The position numbers and the translations under genes were made by a program. The notes beneath the pieces were generated by a model. It was not told where the DNA came from, ran no database searches, and saw nothing but the letters and a program-made list of their open reading frames with translations. Shown one piece after another: positions 10,103 through 18,433 of a stretch of DNA of 64,000 nucleotides; position 1 is the stretch's first letter, and each line of letters starts with the position of its first letter. Location of the stretch: contig JBBRNJ010000038.1 in assembly GCA_038230375.1 (NCBI GenBank), positions 1 through 64,000 of the forward strand, given 5' to 3'. The stretch comes from Polyangiales bacterium. Its GTDB lineage: Bacteria; Myxococcota_A; Polyangia; Polyangiales; Polyangiaceae.

Positions 10103-12378
10103 AGGGCTCGTTCCGCGTCCATGTCGTGGTCCACGAGGACGGCCGACGCACCGGTCGCCTGCTGCGCACGTGGGACGCCTTCTTCGATCAGCCCTCACCG
10201 TCCGCGTACGGCACGACGAACGAGGATCTCTACGCCGAGCTCGAGGCCAAGCTCGAGGTCATGCTCGTGGAGTCCAAGGACGCGCTCTCCCGCTTCCTGT
10301 GGGAGGAGGAGTTCCGCACACAGACCATCAAGGTGGACGTGCACCCCCTCTCATCCATCAAGAAGCGCGCGGTCATCGGCAAGAAGCAGATCCCGCTCAT
10401 CCTCACGTATGCGTACTGCCCGCTCAAGGGCGGCGGCTTCCGCGTGATGCTGCCGCGCTTTGGTGGCTTCTTCGTGGTCGAAGAGCTGTCGCTTGCGGCG
10501 GACGTGCTGCGCCACGCGGTGAGCACGCTGCTCCTGGGCGAGAACGCCCGATGGATCTACGACTTCCGGCAGGTGGGCAGCGAGTTCGTCGCCGAGTGGT
10601 CGCCGCCGCTCCTCTCGCGCCACAAGCCCGTGAAGACCGTACCCACGGAGGAGGAAGAACATCCGGAGCTCGCGCGCGTGGCTGACGATCTGGTGGCACG
10701 TGCTTCGCGCGGCAAGCTTGCGCCCGTCGTGGGCGAGTCGTTCGTGTTCGAGTCGCTCAAGTCGTGGACGCTGGAGCCGAATGCGCCGTCGCTCCTGCTC
10801 GTGGGGGCGGCGGGCGTGGGCAAGACCGCGCTGGTGCGCCGCATCGCACAGCATCACCTGGCCGCGAAGAAGGATCTGCCCACCGGAGAGAAGCCGCGCC
10901 GCATCCACAGCACGTCGAAGGATCGCATCATTGCCGGCATGGTCTACCTGGGCATGTGGCAAGAGCGCTGCATCAAGCTCGTGAAGGAGCTCATGGATGG
11001 CGACTACCTCCACGTGAGCGCGCTTGCCGGTCTCACGGAGGCGCAGCCCGACGGCGCGTCCATCGCCGACTTCCTGGAGCCCGCCATGGGCGACATCCGG
11101 ATCATTGCAGAATGCACGCAAGAGGAGCTGGAGCGGGCGCGGCGGACGCGGCCGTCGTTCGTGCAGCGCTTCACGGTGGTGCGGGTGGACGAGCCATCAC
11201 CAACGGACACGCTCTCCCTTGGCCTCGCGTGGGCCAAGAAGAAGGGCCTGGACGTCCATCCCTCAGCCATGAAGCGGCTCGTGCGGCATCTGCACGCGCT
11301 CGAGCGCGGCGTCGCATTTCCGGGAAAGGCGCTGCGCTTCATCGACTGGCTTGCTGCGGGAACCCGTGGTGACAAGCCCGATGCGCCCGCACGCACGCTG
11401 TATCCGAAGGACGCATCGGAGGCGTACGCACGCTACTCGGGCGTTCCCATCTCGCTGCTCTCGGACGATGTGGACGCGGGCGCGGACGTGCTCGCGGGCA
11501 TGCTGAAGGCGCGTGTGATCGGGCAGGATGCGGCGTGCGATACCTGCGGGCGCGTGCTTGCGCGCTTCAAGGCAAACCTCACGGATCCAGAGCGGCCGCT
11601 GGCCACGCTGCTCTTCGTGGGCCCCACGGGCGTGGGCAAGACGGAGCTTGCGAAGCAGCTTGCACGCACCACGTTCGGCGGCGAAGAGCGGATGATCCGC
11701 CTGGACATGAGCGAGTACATGCATGCGGGCGCCGTGATGCGCCTCGTGAGCGCTCGGCCCGGAACGCTGAGCCTGGCCTCACGCGTGCGCGAGCAGCCGC
11801 TGTCGCTGGTGCTGCTGGACGAGATCGAGAAGGCGCATCCGCAGGTCTTCGATCTGCTCCTTGGCATCCTGGGCGAAGGCCGCATGACGGACGACAACGG
11901 GCGCTTCGTGGATTTCCGCACCACGATGATCGTGATGACGTCGAATCTGGGCGTGACCGACGCGCGGCCGGTGGGCTTCGGCGCAACGGCGGGCGGAGAC
12001 TTCACGGCGAAGGTGCGCGCGCACTTCAGGCCGGAGTTCTACAACCGCATCGACCACGTCCTTGGCTTCCACTCGCTCACGCCCGGTGACGTGCTTCGCA
12101 TCGTGGACCTGGAGCTTGCGTCCGTGTCCACGCGTCCGGGGCTCTCGCGGCGCAACCTCCGGCTGGTCGCGAGTGCGGCGGCAAAGCTGCGGCTCGCGGA
12201 GGTCGGCTACCACCCGACGCGCGGCGCTCGGCCGCTGCGGAGGTTGATCGAGGAGAGCGTGATGACGCCCGTGGCTGCGCGCATCGCCGGAGATCCCGCG
12301 TTCCGCGACACCACCGTCCTTGTCCTTGCGACCGACGAGGCGAGCGCCCCCGGATCGCAGTTCGTCGTCCGCGTCTGA
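10099..12378 (+). CDS. ClpA/B-like double AAA+ ATPase (short paralogue)
   Basis: GTG start overlapping the upstream stop (GTGA) with GGAG RBS; GAAGVGKT, GPTGVGKT, LVLLDEIEKAH, FRPEFYNRID, GARPLRR. Confidence 0.9.
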   Translation: MKGSFRVHVVVHEDGRRTGRLLRTWDAFFDQPSPSAYGTTNEDLYAELEAKLEVMLVESKDALSRFLWEEEFRTQTIKVDVHPLSSIKKRAVIGKKQIPLILTYAYCPLKGGGFRVMLPRFGGFFVVEELSLAADVLRHAVSTLLLGENARWIYDFRQVGSEFVAEWSPPLLSRHKPVKTVPTEEEEHPELARVADDLVARASRGKLAPVVGESFVFESLKSWTLEPNAPSLLLVGAAGVGKTALVRRIAQHHLAAKKDLPTGEKPRRIHSTSKDRIIAGMVYLGMWQERCIKLVKELMDGDYLHVSALAGLTEAQPDGASIADFLEPAMGDIRIIAECTQEELERARRTRPSFVQRFTVVRVDEPSPTDTLSLGLAWAKKKGLDVHPSAMKRLVRHLHALERGVAFPGKALRFIDWLAAGTRGDKPDAPARTLYPKDASEAYARYSGVPISLLSDDVDAGADVLAGMLKARVIGQDAACDTCGRVLARFKANLTDPERPLATLLFVGPTGVGKTELAKQLARTTFGGEERMIRLDMSEYMHAGAVMRLVSARPGTLSLASRVREQPLSLVLLDEIEKAHPQVFDLLLGILGEGRMTDDNGRFVDFRTTMIVMTSNLGVTDARPVGFGATAGGDFTAKVRAHFRPEFYNRIDHVLGFHSLTPGDVLRIVDLELASVSTRPGLSRRNLRLVASAAAKLRLAEVGYHPTRGARPLRRLIEESVMTPVAARIAGDPAFRDTTVLVLATDEASAPGSQFVVRV

Positions 12379-12385
12379 GAGAACT

Positions 12386-13630
12386 TCATCTGCGCAGCTT
12401 CGAAGGCGTTGGTGGCGGTGGTCTGATGGAGGATCGCTCATGGCGCGGCGGCGGTACGCTGCGCGGGGCCGGTACGCTGCGCGGCGGTGGAACGCTGATG
12501 GGCGGGAGCTTGCTGGCGCGCGGGATCTTGCTTGCGCTCGGCTGCTTGCTCGCGCTCGGCTGCTTGCTCGCGCTCGGCCTCTGGCTCTCCGTCTGCGCGT
12601 CGCGTACGGCGGGGACGGTGACCGGCGGCGGCATCGTCACCCGCGGCATGGTGCGGATAGCCTGCGTCGTGCGCAGCCAGCCCATCTGCTTCGCGCGCTC
12701 CCCCACGAACAGAGCGTCGAGCATCGCGGAGATGATCCCGGGGATCTGCGCGGCGATCGCCGGCGGCACAAGCGCGTCCAGATCGCGCGCCAGGTCCGCA
12801 GCGGTGGCATAGCGATGTTCGCGGTTTCGTTCCAGCGCCTTGGTCAGGATGTGGGCGAGGGCGTCCGGAAAACCCTGCATGAGCCGCCGCGGATCCGGGA
12901 CCGGGAACGTGCGCACGGCCTTCACGGTCTCGACGTCGTCGTCGCGCTTGAAGAGCCGCCGCATGGTCACGAGCTCCCACAGCGTGGTGCCGAGCATGAA
13001 GATGTCTGCCCTGCGATCGTAGGGGAACTGCATCACCTGCTCCGGCGCAAGGTACGGCAGCTTGCCTTTCACGATCCCTTCCGCGCTCTTCGCACGGCGA
13101 CCAACCGCCTTCGCGAGACCAAAGTCGAACAGCTTCACTTCGCCGTCGTAGGTGAGAAAGATGTTGCTCGGGTTGACGTCGCGATGAATCACGGCGAGCG
13201 GCGTCCCGTGCTCGTCCGTGAGCTCGTGAGCGTAGTGCAGCGCGCTGGCGACGCGCGCGCAGATCCACGCGGCCACGTCGAGCCGTAGCGACAGCTTGCG
13301 CGCGACCAGCGCTTCCCACACGTCGAACAGCGTGCGCCCGATCAGGAGCTCCATCGCGATGAAGTGCCTATCGCCCGTGACGCCGTGCTCCAGGGTGCGG
13401 CTGATGTTCGGATGCGAGAGCCGCGCAAGGAGCGTCGCTTCGTCGATGAACATCTGGACGACGTTCTCGTTGCGGGTCATCTCGTGACGGATCACCTTGA
13501 TCGCCGCGACGCGCTCGACACCGTTCGCGTCCTTCGCGCGGCCCATGTAGATGGTCGCCATCCCACCGCCTGCGATCTTGGCGATGACGTCATACGGGCC
13601 GAGACGCTTGGGTCGTTCGGGCAGGCTCAC
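12386..13630 (-). CDS. Ser/Thr protein kinase
   Basis: GGMA, AAIK, HRDVNPSN, DFG, APE; Pro-rich repeated tail. Confidence 0.95.
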   Translation of the reverse strand: MSLPERPKRLGPYDVIAKIAGGGMATIYMGRAKDANGVERVAAIKVIRHEMTRNENVVQMFIDEATLLARLSHPNISRTLEHGVTGDRHFIAMELLIGRTLFDVWEALVARKLSLRLDVAAWICARVASALHYAHELTDEHGTPLAVIHRDVNPSNIFLTYDGEVKLFDFGLAKAVGRRAKSAEGIVKGKLPYLAPEQVMQFPYDRRADIFMLGTTLWELVTMRRLFKRDDDVETVKAVRTFPVPDPRRLMQGFPDALAHILTKALERNREHRYATAADLARDLDALVPPAIAAQIPGIISAMLDALFVGERAKQMGWLRTTQAIRTMPRVTMPPPVTVPAVRDAQTESQRPSASKQPSASKQPSASKIPRASKLPPISVPPPRSVPAPRSVPPPRHERSSIRPPPPTPSKLRR

Positions 13631-13660
13631 GTCACCCCTGAGCGTACCACTGGGACGGAC

Positions 13661-15046
13661 CTAGAGCTTGTTGAGGCCGTCCAGCGCCGCGACCTTGTAG
13701 GCCTCGGCGAGGGTCGGGTAGTTGAAGACCGTGTCCCGAAAATACTCGATCGACGCGCCGAGCGAGAGGACCGCCTGGCCGATGTGGATGATCTCGGCGG
13801 CGCTCTCGCCGATCGCGTGGACGCCGAGCAGCTTCCGCGTCTTCGGATCGAACAGCAGCTTGAGCAGGCCAATGTGGTCGCCCATCATCTGCGCCTTGGC
13901 GAGCTCTTCGTAGCGCGCGAGGCCCACTTCGTAGGGAATTTTAGCCTGCGTGAGCTCCTGCTCGTTCTTCCCGACGGTGGAGATCTCGGGGATTGTGTAG
14001 ATGCCGTACGGAAGGTGTCCCGTCTCGAGCTTTGATGGCTGACCGAACATGTGGCAGCTCGCGAGCCGCCCCTGCTCCATGGACGTGGACGCGAGGGATG
14101 GGAACCCGATGACGTCCCCCGCTGCGTAGATGTGCGGCACGGCGGTCTGGAAGTACTCGCTCACGGCGATGCGGCCGCGAGCGTCGGTGGTGAGGCCCGC
14201 GGACTCGACGTTCAACGTGTCCGTGTTCGCTTGTCGCCCGACGGCGTAGAGGAGGGCGTCGGCGGAGACGGTCTTGCCGCTCTCGAGCGTCGCAACGACC
14301 TTCTCGCGCGCGTCGACGATGACGGACGTCACCTTCTCGCCAAGGCGGAACGTCACCCCGTGACGCCGCATGTGGTACGCGAGCGCGTCGACGAGCTCCG
14401 TGTCGATGAAGTCGAGCATCCTGGGCCGCTGGTCGATGACCGTGACCTCACCGCCGAGCGCGGTGAGCATCGAGGCATACTCCAGCCCGATCACGCCGGC
14501 CCCGACGACGATGAGATGACGCGGGATCTCCGCGACCTTGGAGATCTGATCGGAGTCGAAGACCTTCTTCCCGTCGAGCGGGATGTCGGGGTGCTGGGCG
14601 GGACGCGTGCCGCACGCGATCAGGACATGCTCGGCGTGAAGGCGGCGAACGCCATCTTTTCCAGCGCACTCGAGCGTGTGGCTGTCGACGAAGCGCGCGA
14701 TGCCTGGAATCGTGTCGACGCGGTTGCGCGCGAGCTGGGCGCGCACGACCTCGAGCTCGTGCGCGAGCACCGGCCTGACCCGCTTCTCGAGATCTCCAAT
14801 GCCGATGTTGTCCTTGAGTCGGTAGTCCTTGCCGTACAACGTCCGCTGCCGAAACCCCGAGAGGTAGAGCACGGCCTCGCGCAGCGTCTTCGAGGGGATG
14901 GTCCCCGTGTGGAGCGACACACCACCGACGCGATCGGGCCTATCGACCACGGCGACGCGCTTTCCGAGCTTGGCGGCGCAGATGGCGCCCTTCTGCCCCG
15001 CAGGTCCGCTCCCGATGACGACCAGGTCATAGCTATCCGCGCTCAC
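13661..15046 (-). CDS. sthA: soluble pyridine nucleotide transhydrogenase
   Basis: GSGPAG, SLHTGTIPSKTLRE (no redox-active Cys pair), GFPSLASTSMEQGR, FNYPTLAEAYKVAALDGLNKL. Confidence 0.93.
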   Translation of the reverse strand: MSADSYDLVVIGSGPAGQKGAICAAKLGKRVAVVDRPDRVGGVSLHTGTIPSKTLREAVLYLSGFRQRTLYGKDYRLKDNIGIGDLEKRVRPVLAHELEVVRAQLARNRVDTIPGIARFVDSHTLECAGKDGVRRLHAEHVLIACGTRPAQHPDIPLDGKKVFDSDQISKVAEIPRHLIVVGAGVIGLEYASMLTALGGEVTVIDQRPRMLDFIDTELVDALAYHMRRHGVTFRLGEKVTSVIVDAREKVVATLESGKTVSADALLYAVGRQANTDTLNVESAGLTTDARGRIAVSEYFQTAVPHIYAAGDVIGFPSLASTSMEQGRLASCHMFGQPSKLETGHLPYGIYTIPEISTVGKNEQELTQAKIPYEVGLARYEELAKAQMMGDHIGLLKLLFDPKTRKLLGVHAIGESAAEIIHIGQAVLSLGASIEYFRDTVFNYPTLAEAYKVAALDGLNKL

Positions 15047-15122
15047 CCCGTAGGGCGTACATCCATCGGGGCCATCGCGCCACCCTCATGCGAGCGCCGC
15101 CGGCACATGCGTCAACTATCCA

Positions 15123-15386
15123 TCAGCTATGCGGGCTGATCAGCTCTTCGATCTTCGAGCGGGTCTCGTTGGTGAGATCGATCGGGCGACCCGTGAGCAC
15201 GAACGTGCCGTCCGCTTGCTTCTTGGAGCCGTGGATCTTCACGCGAATCTTCACGTTGGGCTCGGATGAAAGGGCGCCGTCGATGCGTGAGCCCGGTGGT
15301 GCTGGCGTGGTGGAGCGCAGCGTGACCACCTCTCCCATGAGGAGCATGTAGTTGGCTTCCCCGCCCTTTTCCCAGCGCACGTGCAT
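15123..15386 (-). CDS. small hypothetical protein (PilZ-like beta-barrel?)
   Basis: Fills the gap in the smpB-sthA transcription unit; beta-rich sequence. Confidence 0.6.
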   Translation of the reverse strand: MHVRWEKGGEANYMLLMGEVVTLRSTTPAPPGSRIDGALSSEPNVKIRVKIHGSKKQADGTFVLTGRPIDLTNETRSKIEELISPHS

Positions 15387-15394
15387 GGCTTCCC

Positions 15395-15898
15395 TTACTT
15401 CCGCTCGCGCCGGATGGCAGCGCGGGCCTCGCGGTCCGCTGTCTTTTCCTTGATGGCCGCGCGCTTGTCGTGGGACTTCCTGCCCTTCGCGACCGCGATC
15501 TCGATCTTCACGCGCCCCTTCGTGAGGTACAGGCGGAGCGGCACGAGCGTCATGCCGTCGCGCGACACGGCATCATGCAGCTTCTCGATCTCGTGCTTGT
15601 GCAGGAGCACCTTGCGGGCGCGACGCGGGTCGTGCGGGAACGCGCTCGCCTGCTCGAAGGGTGCAACATACAACTGTTTCAGGTACATCTCGCCGTGGTC
15701 GACGGAGCAGTACGCGTCCACCATCTCGACCTTGCCGTTGCGGATGGACTTCACCTCGCTGCCGACGAGCACCAGGCCGCCCTCGTAGCTGTCCTCGATC
15801 TCGTAGTCGAAGGTGGCGCGGCGGTTCTTGACCAGAACGGTCTCGCCCTTCGCGTTTGCCTTCGGCTTGCGCTCCTTGTTGTCGCCCTTGCCCGCCAC
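15395..15898 (-). CDS. smpB: SsrA-binding protein SmpB
   Basis: KNRRATFDYEI, GLVLVGSEVKSIR, HDPRRARKVLLHK, AKGRKSHDKR. Confidence 0.97.
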   Translation of the reverse strand: MAGKGDNKERKPKANAKGETVLVKNRRATFDYEIEDSYEGGLVLVGSEVKSIRNGKVEMVDAYCSVDHGEMYLKQLYVAPFEQASAFPHDPRRARKVLLHKHEIEKLHDAVSRDGMTLVPLRLYLTKGRVKIEIAVAKGRKSHDKRAAIKEKTADREARAAIRRERK

Positions 15899-15900
15899 CG

Positions 15901-16668
15901 TCAGCCTCCGTCCGCGGGCGGGAGCTCTTCGCCGTCGTACGGGAGAAGGAACGTGCCGCTCTCACCCTCGTGCGGAACGCCGAGACGACCCTCGAGCTTC
16001 TCGATGCGCTCGCGCAGCCTCTCGTTCTGCGAGATGACGGCGCGGAACATCTCGGTGACCGGGTCGGGCAGGTTCGCGTGGTCGAGCGCCGCGTCCGCAC
16101 GATGGCCCACGGGCGAGATGATGCGGGCGGGGACGCCGACGACCGTGGCGTCCTTGGGAACGGGACGCACAACCACGCTGCCGGAGCCGATGCGGGCGCC
16201 GTCGCCGATCTCGATGGCGCCGAGCACGCACGCGTTGGAGCCCACGACGACGTTCTCGCCCAGGGTCGGGTGACGCTTGCCGCGCGAGAGCGAGGTGCCG
16301 CCGAGGACCACGCCCTTGTAGAGGATGCATCCGTCGCCGATCCTGGCGGTCTCGCCGATGACCACGCCCATGCCGTGGTCGATCACGACGCGACGGCCGA
16401 TGGTGGCGCCAGGGTGGATCTCGATGCCCGTCACGAAGCGGTTCGCATGCGCGAGCAGCCGCGCGCGGAACGGGGAGCCGTGCGTCCAGAGCGAGTGCGC
16501 CGCGCGGTGCAGCCACAGCGCGTGCAGGCCGGGATACACGAGCGCCACTTCGAAGGGACCGCGCGCCGCGGGATCGTTCTCGCGCACCGCCGCGATGTCC
16601 TCGCGGACGAGCGAGGCAGTGGAAACCGCGCCCTTTGCGGCGCGAACAGCAGCGGAAAACAGGCCCAT
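15901..16668 (-). CDS. cysE: serine O-acetyltransferase
   Basis: NDPAAR, YPGLHA, TGIEIHPGATIG, IDHGMGVVIGETA, KRHPTLG. Confidence 0.95.
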   Translation of the reverse strand: MGLFSAAVRAAKGAVSTASLVREDIAAVRENDPAARGPFEVALVYPGLHALWLHRAAHSLWTHGSPFRARLLAHANRFVTGIEIHPGATIGRRVVIDHGMGVVIGETARIGDGCILYKGVVLGGTSLSRGKRHPTLGENVVVGSNACVLGAIEIGDGARIGSGSVVVRPVPKDATVVGVPARIISPVGHRADAALDHANLPDPVTEMFRAVISQNERLRERIEKLEGRLGVPHEGESGTFLLPYDGEELPPADGG

Positions 16669-16689
16669 CGGAAGGGGGGAACCCTAGCA

Positions 16690-16743
16690 GACATCGACGA
16701 GGACGACATCGACAACGACGGCGACAACGACCTCGACTTCGAC
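16690..16743. repeat. degenerate NNCGAC hexamer low-complexity tract
   Basis: gacatcgacgaggacgacatcgacaacgacggcgacaacgacctcgacttcgac. Confidence 0.7.
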
Positions 16744-16797
16744 TGAGCAACCGGAAACATAGGTGACACTTTAGACCGGGCACATGGGTGACACTTT
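16744..16797. mobile_element. solo IS481-like element end with two internal 23-bp direct repeats
   Basis: ACCGGAAACATAGGTGACACTTT (16750-16772) and ACCGGGCACATGGGTGACACTTT (16775-16797) resemble the repeated transposase-binding sites of IS481-type ends. Confidence 0.5.
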
Positions 16798-17043
16798 CAT
16801 GCACTCTGCACGTGTTTGACCCATAGGTGCTGCGGTCGCCGTAGGGACGAACGCTGCCTCGATGGCGCCGAACGTCTCCGTTGCGCGGACTGGGCCTCCC
16901 GCCTGGGCGTTCAGAAACGTTCACCTCCCAGGTGTACGACGCGCAAGGAAACGCCGACAAAATCGCAAATTCACCCGAAATTGTACACCTGGTGGGTGTA
17001 CTCGGTTTTTGGCGATTCACGAGACGGGTGCCAAGGGCGGCGC

Positions 17044-17106
17044 TTCGACTTCGACTTCGACTTTCCCCTTCCCCTCGACCTTCCCCTTCCCCTCGACCTA
17101 GACTTC
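17044..17106. repeat. degenerate (YTCGAC/YTTCCC)n hexamer tract
   Basis: ttcgacttcgacttcgactttccccttcccctcgaccttccccttcccctcgacctagacttc. Confidence 0.75.
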
Positions 17107-17135
17107 CTCGCGTGTTCACCCTTCGCCCTCCCACG

Positions 17136-17678
17136 ATGAAAAAATGGTCGCGTTCCGGAACGGAGCGCGTGGCCTCCTATCCGGTGTTTGGCGTGGAGAA
17201 GCACAAGATTCACGATGGCGAGGGCAAGCCGCGACGGGACGTGTTCACGTTTGCGTGCACGGACTGGTGCAACGTCATCGCGCGCACGGCGCAGGGCGAG
17301 ATCGTGATGATCTGGCAGTACCGCTTCGGCACCGACGAGCTGTCGCTGGAGATCCCGGGCGGCGTGATCGACCCCGGGGAAGAGCCCATCGCAGCCGCCC
17401 AGCGCGAGCTGCGCGAGGAGACGGGCTACGGCGCGACCTCCTTCCGGCACCTCTCCACCGTCGCTGCAAACCCGGCCATCCAGAATAACCGCTGCCACAC
17501 GTTCGTCGCCGACGCCGCCGCGCCGGAAGGAAGCACAGCGTTCGACGACCTCGAGGAGTGCGAGCTGTGCCTCGTTCCGGAGGCCGCGATCCCCGCACTG
17601 CTCGACGACGGCACGCTCTCCCACGCGCTGGTTGTCTCAGCGCTGGAAACGTATCTGCGGCGCCGCCAGACGACTTGA
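17136..17678 (+). CDS. Nudix hydrolase (ADP-ribose pyrophosphatase-like)
   Basis: QYRFG and Nudix box EIPGGVIDPGEEPIAAAQRELREETGY. Confidence 0.92.
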   Translation: MKKWSRSGTERVASYPVFGVEKHKIHDGEGKPRRDVFTFACTDWCNVIARTAQGEIVMIWQYRFGTDELSLEIPGGVIDPGEEPIAAAQRELREETGYGATSFRHLSTVAANPAIQNNRCHTFVADAAAPEGSTAFDDLEECELCLVPEAAIPALLDDGTLSHALVVSALETYLRRRQTT

Positions 17679-17741
17679 TGCTTGTAGCACCGGGGTGCGC
17701 CGAATAGCCTGAGCCTCCATTCGTCTTCAAGGAGTTTCACC

Positions 17742-18428
17742 ATGCGTCGTTCCGCCTTCTTCTTCGTCACCACGGCCCTCGTCATCATCGGCTGCACGGC
17801 CACGAACAATGCAGGCAGCGACGGGGGCGGCGGCGGCGGCGGGGGCGGCGGCAGCTGTACTCCGAACAACACCGACGGCGCATCTTCATGCCAGGGCGCG
17901 CCCCAGGATGTGTGCGCGGGCTCCGAGTACTGCTCCATCAACCAGTGCCGGACTGGCTGCGCCGCGACGGCCAACTGTCCCAACGGCCTGTTCTGCGATC
18001 TGTCCGCACCGAGCCAGGACGTCTTCATCAAGAAGCCCATCGGCCTCTGCCGTGCGTGCCCGGCGGCGGGAACGACGGACGCTGGTGGCGGCGGTACTGC
18101 AACATGCGACGACGTGCACGGCGCCTACACCATCAAGAGCGACCCCAGCTCCTCGATGGGCTGCGGCACCAGCTCTGGCGAGTGCACCGTCACGCAGACC
18201 GGATGCGCCGTGACGCTCGCCTGCCCGATGGGCGGCGGCACGAACACAGTCACCATCAACGCGATGGACAAGGGCACATTCATGGGCACGATGACCATCC
18301 AGGGCATGGTGGTGAACGAGAACTGCGCCGTGTCGTTCGACAACACGCTCGGCACCCTGCTGATCGATTGTCAGCTCACTGCAACCGGCGGCGCAGCCGA
18401 CTGCAAGATCAACGGAACCAAGAAGTAG
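17742..18428 (+). CDS. Cys-rich lipoprotein
   Basis: AAGGAG RBS, IIGC lipobox, many Cys. Confidence 0.8.
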   Translation: MRRSAFFFVTTALVIIGCTATNNAGSDGGGGGGGGGGSCTPNNTDGASSCQGAPQDVCAGSEYCSINQCRTGCAATANCPNGLFCDLSAPSQDVFIKKPIGLCRACPAAGTTDAGGGGTATCDDVHGAYTIKSDPSSSMGCGTSSGECTVTQTGCAVTLACPMGGGTNTVTINAMDKGTFMGTMTIQGMVVNENCAVSFDNTLGTLLIDCQLTATGGAADCKINGTKK

Positions 18429-18433
18429 ATCGG

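Noticed and set aside
12440..12590. 18-bp and 21-bp coding repeats in the kinase tail
   Set aside because: Ordinary low-complexity Pro/Ser tail, common in such kinases
15047..17135. tmRNA (ssrA) or tRNA near smpB
   Set aside because: No tRNA-like ends, T-loop or tag reading frame were recognised in the intergenic gaps
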